Part shown: positions 11,479 through 19,906 of the stretch, piece by piece
Layout: every line of letters begins with the position of its first letter
How positions within the stretch are numbered: the stretch's first letter is position 1
Assembly: GCA_041497895.1 (NCBI GenBank)
Contig: JBGQHJ010000022.1
Coordinates: 1-45,322, forward strand
DNA: 45,322 nucleotides
From: Candidatus Methylomirabilia bacterium
Lineage (GTDB): Bacteria > Methylomirabilota > Methylomirabilia > Rokubacteriales > CSP1-6
Reading direction: 5' to 3'
The notes under the pieces: model-generated
The model's input: the letters and a program-made list of their open reading frames with translations, nothing else
The model's database searches: none
Told to the model about the DNA's origin: nothing
Made by a program: the position numbers and the translations under genes

Positions 11479-12056
11479 ATGACGAGCCCGCCGCGGGCCC
11501 GGATCAGCTCCATGAACTCGGCGCGCGTCTCCGCGTTCTCGCGGAAGGCTCCGAGCATGGCCGAGGTGACCGCCTTGGAGTTCTGCTTCTCGACCCCGCG
11601 CATCAGCATGCACATGTGCAGGGCCTCGACCACCACCGCCACCCCGCGCGGCTGGAGCACCTCGTTGAGGGTCTGGGCGATCTGGGTGGTGAGGCGCTCC
11701 TGCACCTGCAGGCGGCGGGCGAACATCTCGACCAGCCGCGGCAGCTTGGAGAGCCCCACGATCTTGCGCGAGGGCATGTAGGCGATGTGACACTTGCCGA
11801 AGAACGGCAGCAGGTGGTGCTCGCAGAGGGAGTAGAAGTCGATGTCCTTCACCACCACCATCTCGTCGTATTCTTCCGTGAACAGGGCCTCGTTGAGCAC
11901 CTCGTGCACGTTCTGCCGGTACCCCGACGTCAGGTACTCCCAGGCCTTGGCCACGCGGGTCGGGGTCTTCTCGAGCCCCTCCCGGGTCGGGTCCTCGCCC
12001 ATCTCCTTCAGCATGTCGCGGATGAGGCGCTCCATCGTGGTGCCGTCACCTCCCAT
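11475..12056 (-). CDS. folE: GTP cyclohydrolase I
   Basis: [46 protein letters not shown]. Confidence 0.97.
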   Translation of the reverse strand: MGGDGTTMERLIRDMLKEMGEDPTREGLEKTPTRVAKAWEYLTSGYRQNVHEVLNEALFTEEYDEMVVVKDIDFYSLCEHHLLPFFGKCHIAYMPSRKIVGLSKLPRLVEMFARRLQVQERLTTQIAQTLNEVLQPRGVAVVVEALHMCMLMRGVEKQNSKAVTSAMLGAFRENAETRAEFMELIRARGGLVI

Positions 12057-12062
12057 GGTCCG

Positions 12063-12485
12063 TCACCTCGCGGGCGCGGACTCGCCGCAGTACTCGAACA
12101 CGTTGTTCGCGGTCTCCACCAGCGTCACCCGCCGCAGGCTGCCGGGCGGCAGCGCGCCCTCGAGCCACTCCCAGAAGGTGCGGGCGAGGTTCTCGCCGGT
12201 CGTGATCACCCCCGCCAGCGCGGGCACGGTGGCGGAGAGATCGTAGTGATCCACCCGATCCAGCACCGCGGTCTTCACCGCCCGGTCGACGATCCCGATG
12301 TCGACCGACATGCCGGTGGCGGGATCGAGCGCGCCGGACACCGTGACCTCGAGCACGTAGTTGTGGCCGTGCTGACGGAAGCACTGCCCGTACACCCGGG
12401 CGTTCTCCTCGTCGGAGAAGGCGTCGCTGGCGAGCCGGTGCGCGGCGCTGAAGTGATAGGCGCGGGTGACCGCGTACGCGCTCAT
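12063..12485 (-). CDS. 6-pyruvoyl-tetrahydropterin synthase family protein B (Cys-containing)
   Basis: FSAAHRL...SDEENARVYGQCFRQHGHNY, DPATGM, TTGENL, ETANN; real start MSAYAV at 12485 (ATGA overlap). Confidence 0.88.
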   Translation of the reverse strand: MSAYAVTRAYHFSAAHRLASDAFSDEENARVYGQCFRQHGHNYVLEVTVSGALDPATGMSVDIGIVDRAVKTAVLDRVDHYDLSATVPALAGVITTGENLARTFWEWLEGALPPGSLRRVTLVETANNVFEYCGESAPAR

Positions 12486-12883
12486 TCGCCGAGATACTCG
12501 ACGTAGAAGGTGGGGTCCTCCCAGAGCCGCAGCCGGTGCAGGCGCTCGGCACCGAGCTTGGGCCCGAGGAGATCCCAGATCACCCGCACCAGGTTCTCGG
12601 TGGTGGGGATGGTGCCGGGCGGGAAGAGCGGATCCTGGTTGAGATCCGCGTGGTCGAAGCGGCCGATCACCGCGTCGCCGACCACCCGCTTCAGCTCGCC
12701 GAGGTCCATCACCATTCCGGTGCGGGAATCGACCGCTCCGCGGATCGTCACCTCGAGCGTGTAGTTGTGCCCGTGGGCCACCGTGAGCGAGCCGAAGGTG
12801 CGCGCGTTCTCCTCCGCGCTCCACTCGGGCCGCCAGTAGCGGTGCCCCGCCGCGAACGTGAACTTCCGGGTCGCGTACACCAT
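12482..12883 (-). CDS. 6-pyruvoyl-tetrahydropterin synthase family protein A (no catalytic Cys)
   Basis: FAAGHRYW...SAEENARTFGSLTVAHGHNY, TGMVMDL, DHADLN, PTTENL; is the last 133 aa of the over-extended track ORF; GAGGAGG upstream of ATG 12883. Confidence 0.88.
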   Translation of the reverse strand: MVYATRKFTFAAGHRYWRPEWSAEENARTFGSLTVAHGHNYTLEVTIRGAVDSRTGMVMDLGELKRVVGDAVIGRFDHADLNQDPLFPPGTIPTTENLVRVIWDLLGPKLGAERLHRLRLWEDPTFYVEYLGE

Positions 12884-12888
12884 GCGGC

Positions 12889-13983
12889 TCAGCCTCCTCG
12901 CGCCTGCTGTCCCAGCCGTTGCTGCGACGAGTGTACCGCGTGCAGGAAGCGCTCCGCGACGTGGCGCGGGGTGAACGCGAGCGCGCGGCGGCGGCCCTCG
13001 CGTCCCATCCCACGGGCGAGCGCGGGGTCCGCGATCAGCCGCTCGACGGCGGCGGCGAGCTCGCCGGGGGACCGCGGCGCGGTCAGCAGCCCGGTGACGC
13101 CGTCCTGCACCACCTCCGGGATGGCCGCGACGCGGCAGGCCACCACCGGCAGCTCCGCGGCCATCGCCTCGAGGAAGACGATGCCGAAGCCCTCCTGCAC
13201 CGAGGGCAGGCAGAACACGGTGGCGTTGACGTACTCCTCGGCCAGGCGCTCGCGGGTGAGGTCGCCCAGCAGGGCGACCGAGTCGCCGAGCCCGAGCTCG
13301 GCGTGGAGCCGGGAGAGTGCCGGCCACTCCGGCCCGCGTCCCACCACCCGGACCTGGAGACCCGGGACGCGCGCGCGCAGAATGTCGGCCGCAAGCAGCA
13401 GGTCTCCGATCCGCTTGCGCGGGTACATGCGGGCCACGCAGAGCACCACCGGCCCCCCGCGTGGGCGCCGCGGGGCGCGCCAGAACTGATCGTCCCAGAC
13501 CTCGAGATCGATGGGCTCCGGCACCACCGCGAGCCGCTCCGGCGGCACCCCGTACTCCCGCTGCGCCACCTCCGCCGAGTAGCGGCTGGTCACCATGACG
13601 AGGTCGGCGCGCGCGACGTTGCGCTCCTCCCAGCGCGCCTGCAGCGCGAGGAGGGCGCGCACGAGCCCGCGCTCGTTCTTGAGCTCGTCGGCGATGATGC
13701 CCTTGAGACTCGCGACGAAGGGCAGCCTGCGCCGCCGCGCCCACAGGAAGCCGTCGAGGTCGACACCCAGCACCAGGTCCGCGCCCCGGGGCGGGCGCAC
13801 GACCACGCCCGCGTTGTAGAGCCAGCGGTCCAGGGTGTGGAAGCCGGTCCGGCGGCCGAGCGGACGCAGGGTGACCTCGTGGCCGAGCTGGGCCAGCCCC
13901 TGGGCGAGCCCGGCGATGCCGACGAAGGTGCCGCTCCCCTCCAGCGGATTGAGGGGAGTCGAGGAGAGAACGGTGACGCGCAG
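12889..13983 (-). CDS. GT4 family glycosyltransferase (probable CTG start)
   Basis: C-terminal EGFGIVFLEAMAAELPVV motif; frame extends upstream to (L)RVTVLSSTPLNPLEGSGT...GLAQLGHEVT, a typical GT4 N-terminus, beginning at CTG 13983. Confidence 0.88.
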   Translation of the reverse strand: MRVTVLSSTPLNPLEGSGTFVGIAGLAQGLAQLGHEVTLRPLGRRTGFHTLDRWLYNAGVVVRPPRGADLVLGVDLDGFLWARRRRLPFVASLKGIIADELKNERGLVRALLALQARWEERNVARADLVMVTSRYSAEVAQREYGVPPERLAVVPEPIDLEVWDDQFWRAPRRPRGGPVVLCVARMYPRKRIGDLLLAADILRARVPGLQVRVVGRGPEWPALSRLHAELGLGDSVALLGDLTRERLAEEYVNATVFCLPSVQEGFGIVFLEAMAAELPVVACRVAAIPEVVQDGVTGLLTAPRSPGELAAAVERLIADPALARGMGREGRRRALAFTPRHVAERFLHAVHSSQQRLGQQARGG

Positions 13984-13986
13984 AGG

Positions 13987-14772
13987 CTACCGCCCCTGGA
14001 ACCGGGGCGCCCGCTTCTCGAGGAAGGCCCGCGTGCCCTCCCGGTAGTCCTCGCTGTCGAAGGTGGCGATGCCCAGGTCGCGGAGATGCTCGCGGTGGGC
14101 GTCGCCGATGCCCTCGAAGATCGCCTGCACCTGGGCCTTCGTCCCGCGTACCGACAGGGGCGCGTTGGCCGCGACCTTCTTCAGGTAGTCGTAGGTGTAG
14201 GCCTCGAGATCGGCCACCGGCACCAGCCGCTGGATGAAGCCGATGCGAAGGGCCTCCTCCGCCTCCACGGTGCGGGCCGAGTAGAGGATGTCCTTGGCGT
14301 AGGCCGGGCCCACCAGGTCCACCAGCTGGTGCACCGGGTCGAGGCCGTAGATGATGCTGAGCCGCGCGGCCGGGATGCCGAACCGCGAGCCGGTCGCCGC
14401 GAAGCGGAAGTCGGCGGCCATCGCGAGCGCCATGGCCCCGCCCATGCAGTAGCCGAACACCATCGCCACCGTCGGCTTCGGGCAGAGGCGGATCGAGGAG
14501 TAGGCGGCCTCGGTCTGCTTGTTGTAATTGAGCGCGGTGGCGGTGTCCTTGCGGTTCTCCTGGAACTCGGAGATGTCCGCGCCCGACGCGAAAGCATCGG
14601 TACCCGCCCCGCGGTAGACGACCGCGCGCACCGCGTCGTCCTTCGACAGGCGCTCGGTCACCATCGCGATCTCCGACCACATCGCGAGGCTGATGGCATT
14701 GCGCATCTTGGGCCGGTTGAACACGACGGTCGCGATCGGACCGTCCTGCTCGACCAGGATGTGGTCGCTCAT
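13987..14772 (-). CDS. Enoyl-CoA hydratase/isomerase (crotonase) family
   Basis: NRPKMRNA, AFASGADISEF, GYCMGGAM, SEDYREGTRAFLEKRAP; real start MSDH at 14772 with GGGAG RBS. Confidence 0.92.
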   Translation of the reverse strand: MSDHILVEQDGPIATVVFNRPKMRNAISLAMWSEIAMVTERLSKDDAVRAVVYRGAGTDAFASGADISEFQENRKDTATALNYNKQTEAAYSSIRLCPKPTVAMVFGYCMGGAMALAMAADFRFAATGSRFGIPAARLSIIYGLDPVHQLVDLVGPAYAKDILYSARTVEAEEALRIGFIQRLVPVADLEAYTYDYLKKVAANAPLSVRGTKAQVQAIFEGIGDAHREHLRDLGIATFDSEDYREGTRAFLEKRAPRFQGR

Positions 14773-15971
14773 GTCGTCTCTCCCTTGTGTTGCTCGATCA
14801 CGCCGTCGGCCAGCAGGGCGTCGAGGGCGGCCGTGTCGTAGCCCAGCTCGGTGAGGACCGCGCGCGTGTGCTCGCCGGTCATGGGCGCCCCGCGCTCGAC
14901 GCGCGCGGGAGTACGCGAGAGGTGCACCGGCAGGGCCAGGACCTTGTGCGGGCCCCAGGCGGCGTTGGCGACGTCCCGCACCAGGTCGGCCTGGCGGATC
15001 TGCGGGTCGGCGAAGACCCGATCCACCGTGTTGATGGGGCCGCAGGCCACCCCCGCCGCGTTCAGGACCTCGACCCACTCCGCGGCGGTGCGCCGGGCGA
15101 GCGCGGTCTCGAGCACCGCGTCCAGGGCCTGGCGATTCTTCACCCGCGCGAGCATGCCGCCGAAGCGCGCGTCGTGGGCCAGGGTCGGCTGTTCGATCGC
15201 CTTGCAGAAGCGCCGCCACATGTCGTCGTTGCCGACGGCCAGGTTGAAGAAACCGTCCTGAGCCCGGTAGACGCCCATCGGGGCGGTCAGCGGATGATGG
15301 TTGCCGACCGGCGGCGGGACCTCGCCGGTGTTGATGTACTTGGCGGCCTGGAACGAGAGGCTGCCGGTCAGCGCCTCCAGCAGCGAGGTCTCGACCTTCT
15401 GGCCGCGCCCCGAGACCTCCCGCTCCAGTAGCGCGGTCAGGATGCCGAGCGCGGCGAAGTAGCCGGCGAGCAGGTCGCCGATCGGGATGCCCACGCGCAG
15501 CGGAGCACTCTCCACGGTGCCGGTCAGCCACATGAGGCCGGACATGCCTTGCACGATCTGGTCGTAGCCCGGGCGGTCCCGGTAGGGGCCTTCCTGACCG
15601 AAGCCCGAGATGCTCGCGTAGACGAGCCGGGGGTTCTCGGGTGACAGCGCCTCGTAGTCCACACCCAGGCGGTGCTTGACGTCGGGACGGTAGTTCTCGA
15701 CCACCACGTCGGAGCGCGCGGCCAGCCGCTTGACGATGGCCACCCCCCGCGGATCCTGCAGGTTCACCGCGATGCTGCGCTTGTTGCGGTGCAGGTCCGC
15801 GGCGTCGAAGAAGACCCGTTCGCGCCCTTCCCCGCCCGGCCGCTCCACCCGGATCACGTCGGCCCCGAAGTCGGCCAGGATCTTGGTGCAGGTGGGCCCG
15901 GAGCGGACCGTGGTCAGGTCGAGAACCGAGAACCGCGCGAGAGGTCGGCCGACGGCGGTCGTGGGGGTCAC
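14769..15971 (-). CDS. Class III CoA-transferase (CaiB/BaiF family)
   Basis: VLDLT...GP, LADFGADVIRVE, RNKRS, ENYRP, GYDQIVQGMSGLM, PIGDLLAG. Confidence 0.94.
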   Translation of the reverse strand: MTPTTAVGRPLARFSVLDLTTVRSGPTCTKILADFGADVIRVERPGGEGRERVFFDAADLHRNKRSIAVNLQDPRGVAIVKRLAARSDVVVENYRPDVKHRLGVDYEALSPENPRLVYASISGFGQEGPYRDRPGYDQIVQGMSGLMWLTGTVESAPLRVGIPIGDLLAGYFAALGILTALLEREVSGRGQKVETSLLEALTGSLSFQAAKYINTGEVPPPVGNHHPLTAPMGVYRAQDGFFNLAVGNDDMWRRFCKAIEQPTLAHDARFGGMLARVKNRQALDAVLETALARRTAAEWVEVLNAAGVACGPINTVDRVFADPQIRQADLVRDVANAAWGPHKVLALPVHLSRTPARVERGAPMTGEHTRAVLTELGYDTAALDALLADGVIEQHKGETT

Positions 15972-15979
15972 GGGGGAGT

Positions 15980-16008
15980 AGTCTAGCGGAGGGCCGGGCC
16001 GACTTCAA
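15980..16008 (-). promoter_or_regulatory. Sigma70 promoter of the CoA-transferase-pterin operon, probably leaderless
   Basis: Minus strand TTGAAG-17 nt-TAGACT, 8 nt before the GTG start, no SD. Confidence 0.55.
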
Positions 16009-16089
16009 CCGCCTCCCGGCTTATTTGGCGATGACTTACCCCCTGCGGTAGGATCGATTCATGGTCTCGACCGCCCGCCCTTCCCGCCC

Positions 16090-16233
16090 GTGACGCTCGC
16101 TCTCTTCGGGGTCGCGGCCGTGGTGTTCACCGTTCTGGCGGCCGTCGTCCATACCGTCTCGGAGCGTCGGCAGCAGCGCCGCATCCAGCAGCAGTGGGAA
16201 GAGCGGGAGCGCTCGCTCAACCGCAAGCCGTAG
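16090..16233 (+). CDS. Small single-pass membrane protein (47 aa), not in ORF track
   Basis: GTG..TAG; TLALFGVAAVVFTVLAAVV hydrophobic helix followed by charged helical tail SERRQQRRIQQQWEERERSLNRKP. Confidence 0.5.
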   Translation: MTLALFGVAAVVFTVLAAVVHTVSERRQQRRIQQQWEERERSLNRKP

Positions 16234-16345
16234 CCGGCGACCCGCGGAGGGAGAACCGGTCCCACCTGGGGTCGGCGCGGGACATTCACCCGCGTCTCGG
16301 AGCGGCGTAACCGGCCGTGAAGACTTCCCTCCGCTGCTGGCACCT

Positions 16346-16465
16346 GGCTTCACGATCCAGGGACAGCCGGCCATCGCCGCCGCCGAGGTGAAGAAGGGCG
16401 GCGAGGTTCTCATGCTCCGCGACGAGGCGGGTATCTCGAGGTGGGCCGGGTGGCGGCGCGGCTAG
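16346..16465 (+). pseudogene. C-terminal remnant of an OB-fold (MamS/MamX-domain-like) protein
   Basis: Frame reads GFTIQGQPAIAAAEVKKGGEVLMLRDEAGISRWAGWRRG*, matching the remembered C-terminus pattern 'I.G.P.I.A.EVKKG.EVL.LRD..G.P.W.GWR'; no plausible N-terminal part upstream. Confidence 0.5.
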
Positions 16466-16488
16466 CCGGTCCGAACGGGCCGACGAAC

Positions 16489-16528
16489 GAGGGCGGCTTC
16501 GGAGGTCCGAAGCCACCTGAAGGCCCTC
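16489..16528. terminator. Hairpin between convergent genes (terminator/REP-like)
   Basis: GGCTTCGG-AGGT-CCGAAGCC stem with outer GAGGGC/GCCCTC arms; no clear U-tract. Confidence 0.4.
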
Positions 16529-16591
16529 GCTCCATCACCTGCCGGCGAGAGGACACTCTCGCCGGCGTCGCCGCCGAGCAACGAACTTCGG

Positions 16592-19075
16592 CTAGGCGAT
16601 GGCCGTGGGCACCCGCCACTTGATCATCACGACCTTCACGGCGTCGTTCACGACCAGACACGAGACCATGGCGTAGGCGAACACCGCCAGCGTCTGAAGC
16701 CAAGGCAATGGCGTGAGCCCCGGAAGACCCACGCGCGTCAGGATGGTGCCCGTGATCGCGTCCGCCACGAGGGCCACAGCCAGGGTCTTGCTGGGCATCG
16801 TCGACCAGAATGCGCGCCGTTCGCGCGCGGACACCACCGAGAACACCGCGAAGTACAGCAGCATCAGGAAGCTGAAGGTGTAGAGGGCATTGTCGTTGGT
16901 CGCCAGACCGAACTTCGACCAGCCGATCCTCAAGAGGAGGAGCGTCTCCGCGACCATCGCAACCCCCAGGACCGCGGACACCATGATGAAGCCCCCGATC
17001 TTCCAGGTCTCTGGCCTTCTGGACGACCGCACATGGTCGGTGGCCAGAGCGATCTTGGCGAAGTCCGTCATGAAGGTCAGCAGCAGCATCGCGAAGGCGG
17101 AGACGACGAACTTACCGGTCACCACGTAAGCGATTGCTACGAAGGCCGCCTTCAAGATAGTCCGGCTGATCTTGTTGATGACCCACGTCAAGATACGCTG
17201 GTAGATCGTCCGCCCCTGCTCGACTAGCGCCACGATGTTCGTCAGCCCCGGGTCGGTCAGGACGACGCTCGCGGCGCCCTTGGCCACGTCGGTCGCGGTG
17301 CTGACCGCAATGCCGACCTCGGCCTGGCGGAGCGCGGGTGCATCGTTGACCCCGTCGCCCGTCATGCCGGTGACATGCCCCGCGGCCTGTAGCCGCTTCA
17401 CCACGACATACTTGTCCTCCGGAAATACCTCCGCGAACCCGTCGGCGCCCGCGAAGAGATCCTTTGCCGCGTCGCCGCCCTGCGCGCTCGCAGCCTTCAG
17501 GTCCGCCATGCGCCGGATCCTCGGCAACCCCAGGCCACGCGCGATCTCGCTCGCGACCGCCAGCGCATCCCCGGTGAGCATCTTCACCGCCACGCCCCGG
17601 TCCCGGAGGGCGCCGATGAGCTGTCCGGCGTCCGGTCGCGGCGGATCGTACAGCGACACCAATCCGACCAGGACCAGGGCGCCCGCCTCGGGACCGCGGG
17701 CCACCGCCAGCGTCCGATAGCCCTTCGCCGCCGCCCCGCTGGCGCGCGCCTCCAACGCCTCGATTTCCCGGGGCTCGAGCCCGCACGCCTCGCCGATGGT
17801 GCGCACCGCCCCTTTCATCACCCGTAGCCGTTGCCCGCTCTGGTCGACCACCGCTTCGGTCCGCCGATTCTTTCCATCGAAGGGCGCGAAGGAGACGGCC
17901 ACGCCCTTGGCACGGTTGTCGAAGATGTGCCCTTCCTTTGCCGCCGCCAGGAACGCGAGATCGATCGGGTCCTGGTTGGCCTCCTGCGAGGCGAGGGCGC
18001 CGGCGAAGAGCACGTCGGCTTCCGTCGCGTGCTCCAGCGGGATCACGCCGGTGACGGCCAGCTGGTTCACCGTGATCGTGCCGGTCTTGTCCACGCAGAG
18101 CACGTCCATCGTCGCGGCATCCTCCGCGGCACTCAGGCGGGTGACGAGCACGCCGCGTCGGGCCAGCTCCTTCGAGCCGACCGCCATGCTGACCGTGAAC
18201 ATGACGGGAAGCGCGACCGGCACTGCACTCATCAGCAGGACGAGCAGGAGCGGAACCATTTCCCAGAGCGGCGCGCCGCGGATCACCGACAGGATGGCCA
18301 CCAAGACCAGCAACGCGCCGACGATGACAAAGAGCCAGCGGACGACCTTGGTCACGACCTCCTCGATGTGGAGCTTCGGCCGGGCCTGCTGCACCAGCTC
18401 CGTGGTGCGGCCGAAGTACGTCTTCGCTCCGGTCAGCATGACCACCCCGTTGCCCTCTCCTCGACGGACCACAGACCCTGACGCCACCACTTCGCCTGGC
18501 CCCTTGGCCGCGTCCTTCGACTCGCCGGTGAGCGCCGACTGGTCCACACTCAGCGTGCCCGTCAACAGCTTCACGTCCGCCGGGATGATGTCGCCGGGGC
18601 GCACGCGAACAATGTCGCCGGGCACCAGCTCCCGCGCGGGAATGACCTGCCAGCGCGTCTCGCGCCGGACGCGGGCACTGACCTGCAACCGTCGTCGCAG
18701 TGCCTCCACCACACCGGCGGCTCGGCTCTCTTGCATGAAGCTCAGGGTCGCGTTGATGGCCAACAGCGCAGTCACGACCCCGAGGTCCGAATATCTTCCG
18801 AGCGCCGCGGATAGCACCATGATCAGCTCGAGCATCCACGCGGAGATTCCCCAGAATTTCCCGAGAAATGCGACGATCGGGTGCCTCTTCCCCTCGGCCA
18901 CTTCGTTGTAGCCGTGCTCCTTCCGTCGGACGTCCACTTCCGCTTGCGTGAGGCCGGCATCGGGGTCGACATGGAGCGCCGCGAGGCTGTCGGGAACCGA
19001 CGCGGAGGCGATCTCCGGCCTCTCGACGGTTGCCGAGGCCACGGGCGAGGGCTCTCCTCCGGATCCTTCTGTCAT
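16592..19075 (-). CDS. Plasma-membrane-type proton-efflux P-type ATPase (P3A)
   Basis: DQSALTGES, AVPVALP, DKTGT, KGA, MLTGD, GDGVNDAP, IALATD; 827 aa. Confidence 0.9.
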   Translation of the reverse strand: MTEGSGGEPSPVASATVERPEIASASVPDSLAALHVDPDAGLTQAEVDVRRKEHGYNEVAEGKRHPIVAFLGKFWGISAWMLELIMVLSAALGRYSDLGVVTALLAINATLSFMQESRAAGVVEALRRRLQVSARVRRETRWQVIPARELVPGDIVRVRPGDIIPADVKLLTGTLSVDQSALTGESKDAAKGPGEVVASGSVVRRGEGNGVVMLTGAKTYFGRTTELVQQARPKLHIEEVVTKVVRWLFVIVGALLVLVAILSVIRGAPLWEMVPLLLVLLMSAVPVALPVMFTVSMAVGSKELARRGVLVTRLSAAEDAATMDVLCVDKTGTITVNQLAVTGVIPLEHATEADVLFAGALASQEANQDPIDLAFLAAAKEGHIFDNRAKGVAVSFAPFDGKNRRTEAVVDQSGQRLRVMKGAVRTIGEACGLEPREIEALEARASGAAAKGYRTLAVARGPEAGALVLVGLVSLYDPPRPDAGQLIGALRDRGVAVKMLTGDALAVASEIARGLGLPRIRRMADLKAASAQGGDAAKDLFAGADGFAEVFPEDKYVVVKRLQAAGHVTGMTGDGVNDAPALRQAEVGIAVSTATDVAKGAASVVLTDPGLTNIVALVEQGRTIYQRILTWVINKISRTILKAAFVAIAYVVTGKFVVSAFAMLLLTFMTDFAKIALATDHVRSSRRPETWKIGGFIMVSAVLGVAMVAETLLLLRIGWSKFGLATNDNALYTFSFLMLLYFAVFSVVSARERRAFWSTMPSKTLAVALVADAITGTILTRVGLPGLTPLPWLQTLAVFAYAMVSCLVVNDAVKVVMIKWRVPTAIA

Positions 19076-19090
19076 CTCACCGGGTCGATT

Positions 19091-19906
19091 CTATGTCCGC
19101 GACAGTTCCCGGCGCAGCTTCTTCCAATCAATACCGTGGACCTCCGGCGGACGAGGATCCATCTCTTCGAGGGCCCCCACAAGGCAGTCGGCGACTACCA
19201 GGTTGCGGTACCACTTGTGATCGGCAGGTACGACAAACCACGGGGCTTCATCCGTACTGGTCGTCGACAGCGCCTCCTCGAACGCCCTCCGATACGCCTT
19301 CCAGTATCCCCGCTCTTTGCGATCCTTGGGGTTGAACTTCCAACGCTTATCCGGGTCGTCCACACGCGCCACCAAACGCTTCTCTTGCTCGCCTCTGGAT
19401 ATATGCAAGAAGAACTTCAGGATGCGGGTACCGTTGCTCGTGAGCATCCTCTCGAATTCCCGGATCTGCCTCAGCCGGTGCCGTGCCTCTTTGTCCGTGA
19501 TCCAACCATGAACCCGCGTGATCAGCACATCCTCGTAGTGGGAACGGTTGAAAATACCGATGTATCCGCGGGGCGGGCAGGCCGCGTGGATGCGCCAGAG
19601 GAAGTCGTGCGCCTTCTCCAGTGGCGAGGGCGCCTTGAAGGACGTCACGATACAACCTTGCGGGTTGACGCCGCTCATGACGTGCCGGATGGTTCCGTCC
19701 TTGCCTCCGGTATCGATCCCCTGCAAGACGACCAGGACCGCGCGGCTCCCCTCGGCGTAGAGACGCTCTTGAAGCGCGTCGAGCTTCTGCTTCAGCTGTT
19801 CGGTGCGCGCGGCGGCTTCCTCTTTATTCCGGTAGTCTCCGGTGTCTCCCGCATCACGATCGTGCAGCTTCGCGCGCGTGTCCATCTTGAGCCGATAGTG
19901 TTTCAT
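19091..19906 (-). CDS. ppk2: Polyphosphate kinase 2 family (class III-like)
   Basis: LQGIDTGGKDG, FKAPS..E..HDFLWR, FNRSHYEDVL, KRWKFNPKD, VPADHKWYR; ATG 19906 with GGAGGAGG RBS. Confidence 0.92.
   Translation of the reverse strand: MKHYRLKMDTRAKLHDRDAGDTGDYRNKEEAAARTEQLKQKLDALQERLYAEGSRAVLVVLQGIDTGGKDGTIRHVMSGVNPQGCIVTSFKAPSPLEKAHDFLWRIHAACPPRGYIGIFNRSHYEDVLITRVHGWITDKEARHRLRQIREFERMLTSNGTRILKFFLHISRGEQEKRLVARVDDPDKRWKFNPKDRKERGYWKAYRRAFEEALSTTSTDEAPWFVVPADHKWYRNLVVADCLVGALEEMDPRPPEVHGIDWKKLRRELSRT

Noticed and set aside
12063..12883. Queuosine or 7-deazaguanine DNA-modification cluster (folE + queD)
   Set aside because: No queC, queE, queF, tgt or dpd genes nearby; PTPS scaffold and SDR/GT neighbours fit pterin synthesis better. 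Not fully excluded because gene B has Cx3HGH.
13987..13989. Pyrrolysine or amber readthrough fusing crotonase to GT4
   Set aside because: The crotonase ends at its normal C-terminus (FLEKRAPRFQGR), no pyl genes are seen, and the fusion has no precedent I know; CTG initiation is simpler.
12482..16008. Apparent large fusions in the ORF track (732 aa and 673 aa here; also 683 aa at 23906 and 687 aa at 32027)
   Set aside because: The N-terminal parts are off-frame reads of upstream genes; the real starts are internal ATGs with RBS or stop-start overlaps.
16449..16458. GGTGGCGGCG as an att duplicate of the tRNA 3' end
   Set aside because: Only about 10 bp of GC-rich match, inside a coding remnant; expected by chance.
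16346..16465. Magnetosome gene cluster
   Set aside because: Only a short fragment of a widespread OB-fold family; no other mam genes.
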